Source: an uncultured Lachnospiraceae bacterium
Lineage (GTDB): Bacteria > Bacillota > Clostridia > Lachnospirales > Lachnospiraceae
DNA length: 42,928 nucleotides
Direction: 5' to 3'
NCBI GenBank assembly: GCA_958446555.1
Contig: CAUCWU010000001.1
Location: forward strand, 1-42,928
In this document: positions 26,896 to 36,162 of the stretch, in pieces
Layout: every line of letters starts with the position of its first letter
Numbering within the stretch: the first letter of the stretch is position 1
The notes under the pieces: model-generated
Told to the model about the DNA's origin: nothing
What the model saw: only the letters and a program-made list of their open reading frames with translations
The model's database searches: none
Program-made: the position numbers and the translations under genes

Positions 26896-28119
26896 ATGAG
26901 AAGAAATAGATTACATATTGGAGTATTAGTAAAGGCATATTTAGCAGCAGGTGTGATTGGAGTATCATCCTTAGGTGCATTTGCAGCACCTGTATTTGCA
27001 GCAAAGAATGATAGCAACAAGGAGACAACGACTGGAGAGGCAATCCCAGCAGGAGAAGCAATCCCGGCAGGAGAAGCAATCCCGGCAGGAGAGGCAATCC
27101 CAGCAGGAGAATCAGTTTCCTCCGATATGATCTCTGGAACATTTACACCATCTGAGATTTCTTGGAAGGTTCAGGATTCTTATGAGTTTCCATTCATGGG
27201 TCTGAATTTTACATTAACAGATAAGCTGTTAAAGCAGATGGAAGATGGAAAGGTTGCAATGCTGACAGATGAGAACTGGAATGAGAAAGGCGATGCAATT
27301 TCTTATGCATTCTTTAGCTGGTATACAATGACAGAAGAGCAGCGTGATGCTGTCATTGAGAAAATGGGAACTGGCTATGATGACTGGGTAAAGAGTCTTG
27401 GAAAGATTGGAACTATTGGAGTATACAGCACAGATGTGACAGATCAGTTAGATGAACTGACTGGTTGCACAGAGCACACAAAGCTTGGCGAGAGCAGTGA
27501 TGGAAAATATGAGTATTATTTAAGTATTAGTAAGGATGCAGATAAGAAGCTGAAAAAGGAATTAGAAAAGACAAAGACAGAGCTGACTGACATGGCAGAA
27601 TTTCAGCAGATGTCCGCATTCGATCAGCCAATCGATATGGTGCAGCAGGATGGCGATAATGTTGGAAAGTTTGAGATGACAGGTATTGATAAGAAAACTT
27701 ATACTGAGGATATGTTTAGTGAGTATGATCTTACACTGGTAAATGTATTTACAACATGGTGCTCTCCATGTGTTAATGAGATTCCGGAGCTTGAGAAGCT
27801 GTATCAGGAGCTTAAGGATCAGGGCGTTGGTGTAACAGGTGTTGTATTAGATACGGCAGACAGCGAAGGCAATCAGGACGAACAGGCCATCAAAAAGGCA
27901 GAGCTTCTTCAGGAAAAGACAAAGGCTACCTATCCATTCCTGATTCCGGACAAGAATATGATGAATGGACGTCTTCAGGGCATCTCCGCATTCCCGGAAA
28001 CCTTCTTTGTAGATAAAAATGGAAACATTGTAGGCGAAACATATTCTGGAAGCCATACACTTGAAGAGTGGAAGGAAATTGTGGAAAAAGAGTTAAGCGC
28101 AATCAAGGAAAATAATTGA
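26896..28119 (+). CDS. Secreted TlpA-family disulfide reductase with N-terminal extra domain
   Basis: Signal peptide ending VFA; C-terminal thioredoxin fold NVFTTWCSPCVNEIP...AFPETFFVDKNG. Confidence 0.88.
   Translation: MRRNRLHIGVLVKAYLAAGVIGVSSLGAFAAPVFAAKNDSNKETTTGEAIPAGEAIPAGEAIPAGEAIPAGESVSSDMISGTFTPSEISWKVQDSYEFPFMGLNFTLTDKLLKQMEDGKVAMLTDENWNEKGDAISYAFFSWYTMTEEQRDAVIEKMGTGYDDWVKSLGKIGTIGVYSTDVTDQLDELTGCTEHTKLGESSDGKYEYYLSISKDADKKLKKELEKTKTELTDMAEFQQMSAFDQPIDMVQQDGDNVGKFEMTGIDKKTYTEDMFSEYDLTLVNVFTTWCSPCVNEIPELEKLYQELKDQGVGVTGVVLDTADSEGNQDEQAIKKAELLQEKTKATYPFLIPDKNMMNGRLQGISAFPETFFVDKNGNIVGETYSGSHTLEEWKEIVEKELSAIKENN
27034..27111 (+). repeat. 18-bp in-frame tandem repeat, 4 copies plus a partial (GEAIPA)
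   Basis: GGAGAGGCAATCCCAGCA and GGAGAAGCAATCCCGGCA units in A-B-B-A order. Confidence 0.95.
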
Positions 28120-28120
28120 T

Positions 28121-28303
28121 ATGAAAATAATGCAAAATAAAATGGTGTCTAGGGCGAATGCAGCCCTGGACTCCAAATGGACAGGACTTTGTCTGGCAGT
28201 GGTCGGACTGTTGATGATGGCGTTTGGTATTTTTCGCGGTGAGATGGCAGTTGTATTTACTAAGGCGATTAATATTTGTATGGAGTGTATAGGAATTGGA
28301 TAA
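28121..28303 (+). CDS. Small membrane protein with C-terminal CXXC (CD1871A-like family)
   Basis: TM helix then RGEMAVVFTKAINICMECIGIG; sandwiched between TlpA and 4Fe-4S genes; exact start uncertain. Confidence 0.8.
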   Translation: MKIMQNKMVSRANAALDSKWTGLCLAVVGLLMMAFGIFRGEMAVVFTKAINICMECIGIG

Positions 28304-29198
28304 GAAAATGGCTCAGGAAAAAACAAGTAAGAAAAAAACAAATAAAGTAAGTGATGCAAAGCGCCATGGCATTCAGGCAGTGTGGGCATTTTTGACAAAC
28401 AGCCATGTATCAGGCTTTGTAACAGGAAAAATTTACACGGGAAAATTAAAAAATGTCTGCGTACCTGGACTCAACTGTTATTCTTGTCCAGGAGCTGTCG
28501 GAGCCTGTCCAATAGGTTCTTTGCAGGCTGTTGTGGGCAGCTGGAATTTTAAGATGGCTTATTATGTTGTTGGCTTTTTGATTTTTATTGGAGCCATTTT
28601 TGGAAGACTGATCTGTGGCTTTTTATGTCCATTTGGACTAATACAGGATCTGTTAAATAAAATTCCTTTTCCGAAAAAAATTCGTACCTTTAAGGGAGAT
28701 AAGCTGCTTCGCAAGCTGAAATATGTAATATTTGCTGTGTTTGTTATTTTGCTTCCTATGTTTTTAGTGGACATTATGGGACAGGGCTCACCATATTTTT
28801 GCAAGCTCATCTGTCCGGCAGGAACGCTAGAAGGCGGTATACCGCTTGCACTGTTAAATAAATCAATGCGCAGTGCACTTGGTGCTTTGTATGTTTGGAA
28901 GAATGCGATTTTGGTTGTAACAATCATTCTGTCAATTATAATTTACAGACCATTCTGCAAATATATTTGTCCGCTTGGAGCATTTTATTCCGTTTTCAAC
29001 AAAGTATCGTTTTTCAAATATCGTGTCAGCAAAGAAAAATGTGTTGGCTGTGGAAAATGCGCAAAGGTTTGTCGTATGCAGGTAGATCCTGTTGTAAACG
29101 CAAACAGCCTAGAGTGCATTCGCTGCGGACGTTGTAAGCAGGCTTGTCCAACAGGAGCCATTAGTTGTGGTGTAAGTAGGGAAAAAAATAATATGTAA
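28296..29198 (+). CDS. Membrane 4Fe-4S binding protein (NapH/YccM-like)
   Basis: CYSCPG, CGFLCPFG, CKLICPAG, CKYICPLG, and ferredoxin motifs CVGCGKCAKVC and CIRCGRCKQACP. Confidence 0.9.
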   Translation: MDKKMAQEKTSKKKTNKVSDAKRHGIQAVWAFLTNSHVSGFVTGKIYTGKLKNVCVPGLNCYSCPGAVGACPIGSLQAVVGSWNFKMAYYVVGFLIFIGAIFGRLICGFLCPFGLIQDLLNKIPFPKKIRTFKGDKLLRKLKYVIFAVFVILLPMFLVDIMGQGSPYFCKLICPAGTLEGGIPLALLNKSMRSALGALYVWKNAILVVTIILSIIIYRPFCKYICPLGAFYSVFNKVSFFKYRVSKEKCVGCGKCAKVCRMQVDPVVNANSLECIRCGRCKQACPTGAISCGVSREKNNM

Positions 29199-29218
29199 AA
29201 TTAGAATAACTTTACATC

Positions 29219-29249
29219 AGGCAAGGCTAAAAAAGCCTTGCCTTTTTTT
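29219..29249 (+). terminator. Rho-independent terminator
   Basis: AGGCAAGGCT-aaaaa-AGCCTTGCCT plus T-run. Confidence 0.85.
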
Positions 29250-29337
29250 GTGAAAAAGCGTAAAGTGAACCTTATAACATTGAGAATGAATCTGGTGCTA
29301 GAAAAAATTTGACGAGAGAAAAAGGAGAGAAAAAGCG

Positions 29338-31338
29338 ATGAAGATTCCATTTGACGTGAAGATGTTAACAAGCGGGGCATCACTTTTAAAGCAGGAGAAA
29401 GACAGTGCTTTATTGAAGCTGTCAAAGGATGGAGCGGGTATTGTGCTGCCATGGGATGTAATGAAAAATGAGCGTTACTTTATGTTTCAGATTGAGACAC
29501 TTGAGGAACATTGTGATGCTTTCAATGTGTATGTGTATGGTAAGGATGATGAGCCAACGATGACGATTCGTTTTGGCATTCTGCCGCAGATTACAACACA
29601 GATTTGTTTGGATAAGGAGTGGTTTAAAGCAGGTGTGCTGTTTCCAGAGGCACTTCCGGGTGAGCTAAAGATTGTCTGTCATGGCGGACGAATTGTGCCA
29701 GAAGAAATTACACGTATTGAGATGAAGACTATTCCAGTATTTCATGATATTACCGTGCGTATCAGCAACATGGCATTAACGGATACATACCCGGAAGATG
29801 TTGAGCTTTTAGATGTTAAGCTTGTCGATAGTCTTGGACAGAATAAGCGAAAGGAATGGTCAGGCAAGACAAAGGATATTGAGTCGTTAAAGAGCATTCT
29901 TGAAAAACAAGTTAAAGATGGCGAAGAAGGCTATCCATTTGAAAATTGGTCAAAATGGGGCGGCTGGAAAAATAAAAAGCTGGCCAAGGGCACAGGCTTT
30001 TTTACAAAATATAAGGCAGATGGCAAGTGGTGGCTTGCAGATCCAGACGGTTATGCGTTTTTTAGTGCAGGACCAGACTGCGTGAATGTGCCAGTGGACT
30101 GTCGTGTTGATGGAATTGAAAAATGGCTAGATTGGCTGCCAGATGAGAAACAGCAGGCATATGAAGAAATGTTTTCACCAGACCGTGTATTTAAGGATAG
30201 AAAAAGAAATGCGAAGATGTTCTCCTATGCAGGTGCCAATTTATATCGCGTGTTTGGCGAAGACTGGTATCAGATATGGAAGAAGATGATGGCAGGACAG
30301 CTGATGCAGATGGGCATGAATACGCTTGGCAACTGGAGTGATCAGCGCCTTTTTGAAAATACACCGATACCATATGTAACTTCACTTCCAGAATTTCCGG
30401 AGACAAAAAAGAAAATTTTCCGTGATTTTCCAGATGTATTAAGTGATGAGTATAAAGAAAACGCGAAAAATAATGCAAAGGCACTAGCAGCAAGGAAGGA
30501 CGATCCGATGATGATCGGCTATTTCCTTAGAAATGAGCCAAGTTGGGCATTTGTGGATAATTTGGTGCTGGCAGACGAGGTACTGTACAATCCAGAGCGC
30601 ACTGTATGTAAGGAAAAGCTGATTGCGGCTTTAAAAGAAAAATATCAGACAGTGGAGGCATTAAACACAGCATGGAACACGAAGTTTACTGACTTTGATG
30701 ATCTGTATCAGCCGATTCGTGATGCATCAGCTAAATCTGAGGCTGCAAAAGAAGATCAGAAAACATTCTCAAAAGAGATGCTTCGAGCTTATGTTGAGAT
30801 TCCGTCAAAAGCATGCCGAGAAGTCGATCCAAATCATATGATTCTTGGTATGAGATGGGCATGGATTTCCGATCCGGATCTTGCAACGGGATGGGAGAAT
30901 TTTGATGTATTTTCCATTAACTGTTATGCAGTCGATCCAACAGAAGCAATCTCTCATGTTGTAGAGCTTGGTGTGGATCTGCCTATTATGATTGGTGAAT
31001 TTCATTTTGGAGCACTAGATACAGGCTTATCAGCAACAGGACTTGAGGGTGTACTGACACAAAAAGACCGTGGAAAAGCCTACCGCTATTATTGCGAGCG
31101 TGTAGCAGCTCATCCAAATGGTGTTGGCTGCCACTATTTCCAGTGCTATGATCAGTTTGTTCTGGGGCGTTTTGACGGAGAAAATTATAACATTGGTTTG
31201 TTTGACATTTGTTCACGTCCATATCAGGATATGGCATCTTATGTAAAGCAGTGCAGCGAAGCTATGTATGAGATTGCGGATGGCACAAAGGTGCCTACAG
31301 ATGAAAAGGCAGAAAGCATTCCGATGATTGCGTATTAA
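29338..31338 (+). CDS. GH50-like glycoside hydrolase (beta-agarase/beta-galactosidase-like, clan GH-A)
   Basis: KWWLADPDGYAFFSAG, NTLGNWS, GYFLRNEPSW (acid/base), IGEFHFGALD (nucleophile), GRFDGENYNIG; no signal peptide. Confidence 0.8.
   Translation: MKIPFDVKMLTSGASLLKQEKDSALLKLSKDGAGIVLPWDVMKNERYFMFQIETLEEHCDAFNVYVYGKDDEPTMTIRFGILPQITTQICLDKEWFKAGVLFPEALPGELKIVCHGGRIVPEEITRIEMKTIPVFHDITVRISNMALTDTYPEDVELLDVKLVDSLGQNKRKEWSGKTKDIESLKSILEKQVKDGEEGYPFENWSKWGGWKNKKLAKGTGFFTKYKADGKWWLADPDGYAFFSAGPDCVNVPVDCRVDGIEKWLDWLPDEKQQAYEEMFSPDRVFKDRKRNAKMFSYAGANLYRVFGEDWYQIWKKMMAGQLMQMGMNTLGNWSDQRLFENTPIPYVTSLPEFPETKKKIFRDFPDVLSDEYKENAKNNAKALAARKDDPMMIGYFLRNEPSWAFVDNLVLADEVLYNPERTVCKEKLIAALKEKYQTVEALNTAWNTKFTDFDDLYQPIRDASAKSEAAKEDQKTFSKEMLRAYVEIPSKACREVDPNHMILGMRWAWISDPDLATGWENFDVFSINCYAVDPTEAISHVVELGVDLPIMIGEFHFGALDTGLSATGLEGVLTQKDRGKAYRYYCERVAAHPNGVGCHYFQCYDQFVLGRFDGENYNIGLFDICSRPYQDMASYVKQCSEAMYEIADGTKVPTDEKAESIPMIAY
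31280..31338 (+). repeat. 59-bp direct repeat, copy 1 (3' end of the GH50-like gene)
   Basis: 52/59 identical to 34503-34561 by manual alignment. Confidence 0.9.
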
Positions 31339-31370
31339 TGTGTTATTTTTTTCAATAGAAAGGAAATATT

Positions 31371-34300
31371 ATGAGTAAATTGATGAAATCCGAATGGAGA
31401 GACCGCATCAGTCATTGGGTGCGCACACTCAAAGATGATTTTTATCAGCCACTTGGTGAGATTCAATGGGAGGCATTTCGCACAAATGAACAGCTCTCAC
31501 TTGGGGAGGCAAAAAAAGAGCAGTTTGTTTCGGTAAAGCCAGGTTTTACTTGGGGAAATACATATGAATATTGTTGGATGAAGGGACACATTCAGCTGAG
31601 TGAAGAAGCTGAGGGCAAACGTATTGTGATGAATTTGAAGCCAGATGGTGAGGCAACACTGTTTGTAAATGATAAGGCTTTTGGTACATACCGTGCGTCT
31701 TGGGTTAATGAGCCGCATCATTATATTGTAGACAATGTGTTAAGTCGCTGTGCAAAGGGAGACGAGCAGTTTGATATCATGATGGAGGTCTATGCTGGTC
31801 ATTATTATCCAGAGGCACCGACAGGAGGATGTGCGACAGGTCCAGTGCTTCCGGGCTCCTATACAGACAAATTAGAAGAGGGAAAGAGACGTACATTGGG
31901 ACGCTGCACTTACGGAATTTGGAATGAAGATGCTTACCAACTTTTTATGGATGTAGATACACTTGGACGTTTACTTGAAGTGCTTGACAAGACAAGCCTT
32001 AGAGCGGCAAAAATAGCAAAGGCATTGGAACAGTTTACATTGATTGTTGATTTTGAGCAGGAACGGGATGCCAGAATTGATTCCTATAAAAAAGCGCGTG
32101 AAGCTTTAAAGCCAGTGCTAGAGGCCGAGAATGGTTCGACAATGCCAGTCTTTTATGCAGTGGGAAATGCTCATTTGGATTTGGCTTGGCTGTGGCCGAT
32201 TGCGGAAACCGGTCGTAAAACCGCGCGTACATTTGCGGCGCAGCTTCGTCTGATTGAGGAATACCCAGAATATAAATTTATTCAGAGCCAGCCAGCAGAG
32301 TATGAGATGTGCCGCAAACTGTATCCGGAACTTTTTGAGCGAATCAAGGCGGCTGTCAAAAAAGGACAGTGGATTGCAGAGGGTGCCATGTGGGTGGAAC
32401 CTGACACGAATATGGCAAGTGGTGAGGCACTGATTCGTCAACTGCTGTATGGAAAGCAGTATTATAAGGACGTATTTGATGTGGACAGTGAAGTGCTGTG
32501 GCTTCCAGATACGTTTGGCTACACAGGGGCATTGCCACAGATTTTAAAGGGATGCAAGGTCAACTATCTGGTAACACAGAAGATCTTTTGGTCATATAAC
32601 GAGGGTGAGCAATTCCCGTATCATTACTTTAACTGGGAAGGCATAGACGGAAGTAGGATTGTGTCATTTCTTCCGACAAGCTATACTTATAAGACTAATC
32701 CTAAGCAACTTGAAGAAGTGTGGAAAAACAGAAGTCAGCTTCAGGATCTAGATGCCTTTTTGCTACCGTTTGGCTATGGCGATGGCGGCGGTGGTCCAAC
32801 AAGAGACGATATTGAGTATGCAAAAAGAGAACAAAATCTTGAGGGTGCACCGAGAGTTGAACTGTCTGATCCGAAGAGCTTTTTCAAGAAAATGGACGAA
32901 GCGGGCGGACCAGTCAATACTTATGTAGGTGAGCTGTATTTTAATGCACACAGAGGAACCTACACCTCTCAGGCAAAAGTAAAGCAAAATAATAGACGTG
33001 CTGAGTTTGCACTTCGCGAGATGGAGATGTGGGGAGCATTTGGTCTTTGTAAGGGAAATGTATATGACAGTGAGAAGGCTGATGCTCTCTGGAAGGAATT
33101 ATTGTTAAATCAGTTTCACGATATTCTTCCAGGCTCCTCGATGGGAAGAGTTTACGAGGAAGCAAGGAAAGCTGTTGGCGGTGTAATTGAGACAGCAAAT
33201 AAACAGGCAGATATATATATGAGTCAGCTTGTAACAAAAGAAAATGAAAATGATGTGACGCTCTTTAACTCATTTGGTTTTGAGAGAAAGACGGTGGTAG
33301 AGCTTCCAGAAGCATTTGCAGACGGTGCAAAAACCTTTGAAGGAGAGGAAGTTTTTGTTGAGAAGACACCGTTTGGCGTTAAGGCATGGGTAACAATCCC
33401 ACCGTGCGGAGCTGTTACACTTGTTCCATACAAGAAGAAAAATGTGGAGCAAAAGGCTGTGTCAGCAGAAAAGACCACGGACGGCATTGCGCTTGAAAAT
33501 TCACAGGTACGCGTCAAGATAAACAAAAAAGGCGAGGTGACAAGCTTTGTCCTAAAGGAATCAGGACGTGAGTTTGCAGCAGATGCCTTGAATTGTTTCC
33601 ATTTTTATAAGGATGTACCACGCATGTTTGATGCATGGGATATTGACTCAAATTATAGGGAGCAGGAGCTTGAAGGAGCATTTGATGTGTGTACCGAGCT
33701 TGTGTCAGATGGAATAGAGGCAGTCATTAAAGTTACAGGAAAGATTGGAAATTCTTCATATACACAGTATATTCGTCTGGCAAAGGACAGCAGACGTCTC
33801 GAATTTGATACAACGATTGACTGGAAAGAACTTCATCGCCTGCTAAAGACTTCATTTCCAGTCGCGGTTTATGCAGAAAATGGAATCAATGAGATGCAGT
33901 TTGGCTATGTAATGCGCCCAACTCATCGTTCAAGAGAATACGAAAAAGATCGTTTTGAGGTATGCAATCACAGATACAGTGCGCTGTGCGATGCGTCTCA
34001 CGGTGCAGCCGTATTAAATGACTGCAAGTATGGAATCAGCATGAATCAAAATGCATTAGAACTAACTCTTCTTCGTGCAGCAGCAGCGCCAGAAATGCGT
34101 GCAGATAATCAGGTTCATCACTTTACATACGCGTTTACCGCTTGGGAAGGTGATTTTGCCGGATGTGATGTAGTAAAGCAGGGTTACGAGTTAAACGAAA
34201 AGCCAAGACTGGTGCCGGGATGTGTGCCGACATTTAGCATGGCTTCTGTAAAGAGCGGCACAGTTGTCTTAGATACTATAAAGCCGGCATTAGACAGAAG

Positions 34301-34511
34301 CGGTGATCTGATACTTCGTTTGTATGAGTCCAAAAAGGCAGCGGGAAAAGCACAGATTTTGCTGAATGTTGATGCAAAGAAGGCTTGGCTTTGTGATATG
34401 CTGGAAAATAAAGAGCAGGAGATAGCAATAAAAGATGGCATGTTAGAGCTTGAGTTTGGTGCATTTCAGATTCAAACGATTCGTCTGTCATTGGAGGGAG
34501 CTATGGCATAA
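31371..34511 (+). CDS. Alpha-mannosidase, GH38
   Basis: GNAHLDLAWLW, WLPDTFGY, FGYGDGGGGP, ELYFNAHRGTYTSQ, NQFHDILPGS, LNDCKYG. Confidence 0.95.
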   Translation: MSKLMKSEWRDRISHWVRTLKDDFYQPLGEIQWEAFRTNEQLSLGEAKKEQFVSVKPGFTWGNTYEYCWMKGHIQLSEEAEGKRIVMNLKPDGEATLFVNDKAFGTYRASWVNEPHHYIVDNVLSRCAKGDEQFDIMMEVYAGHYYPEAPTGGCATGPVLPGSYTDKLEEGKRRTLGRCTYGIWNEDAYQLFMDVDTLGRLLEVLDKTSLRAAKIAKALEQFTLIVDFEQERDARIDSYKKAREALKPVLEAENGSTMPVFYAVGNAHLDLAWLWPIAETGRKTARTFAAQLRLIEEYPEYKFIQSQPAEYEMCRKLYPELFERIKAAVKKGQWIAEGAMWVEPDTNMASGEALIRQLLYGKQYYKDVFDVDSEVLWLPDTFGYTGALPQILKGCKVNYLVTQKIFWSYNEGEQFPYHYFNWEGIDGSRIVSFLPTSYTYKTNPKQLEEVWKNRSQLQDLDAFLLPFGYGDGGGGPTRDDIEYAKREQNLEGAPRVELSDPKSFFKKMDEAGGPVNTYVGELYFNAHRGTYTSQAKVKQNNRRAEFALREMEMWGAFGLCKGNVYDSEKADALWKELLLNQFHDILPGSSMGRVYEEARKAVGGVIETANKQADIYMSQLVTKENENDVTLFNSFGFERKTVVELPEAFADGAKTFEGEEVFVEKTPFGVKAWVTIPPCGAVTLVPYKKKNVEQKAVSAEKTTDGIALENSQVRVKINKKGEVTSFVLKESGREFAADALNCFHFYKDVPRMFDAWDIDSNYREQELEGAFDVCTELVSDGIEAVIKVTGKIGNSSYTQYIRLAKDSRRLEFDTTIDWKELHRLLKTSFPVAVYAENGINEMQFGYVMRPTHRSREYEKDRFEVCNHRYSALCDASHGAAVLNDCKYGISMNQNALELTLLRAAAAPEMRADNQVHHFTYAFTAWEGDFAGCDVVKQGYELNEKPRLVPGCVPTFSMASVKSGTVVLDTIKPALDRSGDLILRLYESKKAAGKAQILLNVDAKKAWLCDMLENKEQEIAIKDGMLELEFGAFQIQTIRLSLEGAMA

Positions 34512-34561
34512 AAGAGCCTGCAAATGAGAAGGCAGAAAGCATTCCGATGATTGTGTATTAA
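34503..34561 (+). repeat. 59-bp direct repeat, copy 2 (orphan GH50 3'-end remnant)
   Basis: Reads GIKEPANEKAESIPMIVY* versus GTKVPTDEKAESIPMIAY* in the intact gene. Confidence 0.9.
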
Positions 34562-34582
34562 ATGCGTTTTTATAAGTGGGAT

Positions 34583-34607
34583 AAAGGGGCAGACAACTGC
34601 CCCTTTT
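34583..34607 (+). terminator. Rho-independent terminator
   Basis: AAAGGGGCAG-acaa-CTGCCCCTTTT. Confidence 0.75.
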
Positions 34608-34701
34608 GTGTAATAATTCTTATATTAAGCAACTACGCAATTATATCAGACAGGAAACAGTGAATAAAATTATTGTGGAAGGAAGAGGCTGAAGATAAAA
34701 A

Positions 34702-35892
34702 ATGGTAGATGAATTTTTTTTAAAATCATTGATCCAAATTACGCATGGGGAGATTAGACTGATTGATAAGGACGGAGGGATTTGTAGAATTGGAAAGACA
34801 AAGGAAGAGGAAGATCCGTTTTTTACGGATAAAAATTTTTTAAATGATGTGCTTGAACGAAGACCAGAAGCATCAATTGACATTTTCTGGGAAGATGACG
34901 TTTATTATGCAAGGGTTCGCAGAAAAGGCATACAAGGTTGGATTCTTGCAGGACCAGTGCAGACAGTTGTTGGTGCAGCACCTGCGCTTAAAATAGCTCA
35001 AAAGCATAAGATCGAAGCTGCATCGTATCGTCTTCCATATTGTGAACTAAAAACATTCTTGGAAGCAATGAAGTTACTTCTTTATGAGGAAACAGGTGAA
35101 AAAGTTTGTTTTAGTCAGTTGTATACAAAACAACAGCCTGAGCCAGAACAACAAAAATTTTTTGAAAAAAAACGTTGGATGGAAAAAGGCGGACATTTGC
35201 ACAATCCTTATCAGCATGAGCAAAAGAAGCTTGGAAGTATTCGAGCTGGAAATTTAAAGCTATTGGAAGAATGTCAAGCTGAGGTATGGCCAGGTGAACT
35301 TGGCCAACTCGCAGATAATCCGCTTCGTCAAGAGAAAAATATGTCAATTGTTGTAATTTCCATTGCATGTAGAGCGGCAATTGATGGTGGTGTGGCACCT
35401 CAGAAGGCATTTTCAATGTCAGATGTGTTTATTAGTAATATTGAAAGAATGACTCAGGTATTGCCAATTCAGGCAGCAGTTGTTGAATATGAACGAGAAT
35501 TTGCACGAGCTGTTGAACAGGTCAAGCACGATAGCGAGCACAATCATTATGTGGAGCGGGCGAAGGAATATGTTGCGGAACATATAGATGAACAAATTAG
35601 AGTAGTACAAATTGGAGAAGCACTTGGCATTAATGAAAATTATCTGGCAGGACTCTTTCATAAATATGAGGGAATTACGTTGCAGCACTATATACGAAAA
35701 GAAAAGATTCATAGAGCAAAAGAACTATTGTTATATTCATCATATTCCTGTAGTGAAATTGCAGCTATTTTATGTTTTTCCACGCAAAGTCATTTTTCTA
35801 GTATATTTAAGCGTGAAGTAGGAATGACACCTGCAAAGTATCGAGAATCAAAAACACAAGAGGGGAAAATATCAGAAAACAAGAATTGGTAA
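34702..35892 (+). CDS. AraC-family transcriptional regulator
   Basis: CRAAIDGGV...AFSMSD; C-terminal double HTH YLAGLFHKYEG and FSTQSHFSSIFKREVGMTPAKYR. Confidence 0.92.
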   Translation: MVDEFFLKSLIQITHGEIRLIDKDGGICRIGKTKEEEDPFFTDKNFLNDVLERRPEASIDIFWEDDVYYARVRRKGIQGWILAGPVQTVVGAAPALKIAQKHKIEAASYRLPYCELKTFLEAMKLLLYEETGEKVCFSQLYTKQQPEPEQQKFFEKKRWMEKGGHLHNPYQHEQKKLGSIRAGNLKLLEECQAEVWPGELGQLADNPLRQEKNMSIVVISIACRAAIDGGVAPQKAFSMSDVFISNIERMTQVLPIQAAVVEYEREFARAVEQVKHDSEHNHYVERAKEYVAEHIDEQIRVVQIGEALGINENYLAGLFHKYEGITLQHYIRKEKIHRAKELLLYSSYSCSEIAAILCFSTQSHFSSIFKREVGMTPAKYRESKTQEGKISENKNW

Positions 35893-36010
35893 AAATATGT
35901 TTTTGAAGGAAACGGAAAATAATATTTGTATACAAAAGTGATATAGAATTGTGGATATATTAGAAAAACATAAGGGAAAATAGATAAAACAAAAGAATAA
36001 ATATGAGATT

Positions 36011-36064
36011 TATGATAAAAAATAAGGAAAAATGATATAATGACAAAAAGGTATCTGCTATAAT
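36011..36064 (+). promoter_or_regulatory. Extended -10 promoter with upstream ATGATA repeats at 20-bp spacing
   Basis: TGCTATAAT at 36056-36064, no consensus -35; ATGATA at 36012 and 36032. Confidence 0.45.
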
Positions 36065-36162
36065 AAGGTCATTCAAAGTTTTCAGGAGAAGACGATTGTG
36101 AATAAACCATATGATAGCAGATATTTTTTATGCAGCAGCATAGGAAAGGCAAGGTGAAGAAA

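Noticed and set aside
27034..27111. CRISPR-like repeat
   Set aside because: Contiguous 18-bp in-frame units with no spacers and no cas genes
26896..29198. Selenoprotein (UGA recoding) in the redox module
   Set aside because: All CXXC motifs are Cys codons and the three ORFs end in TGA/TAA at normal family ends
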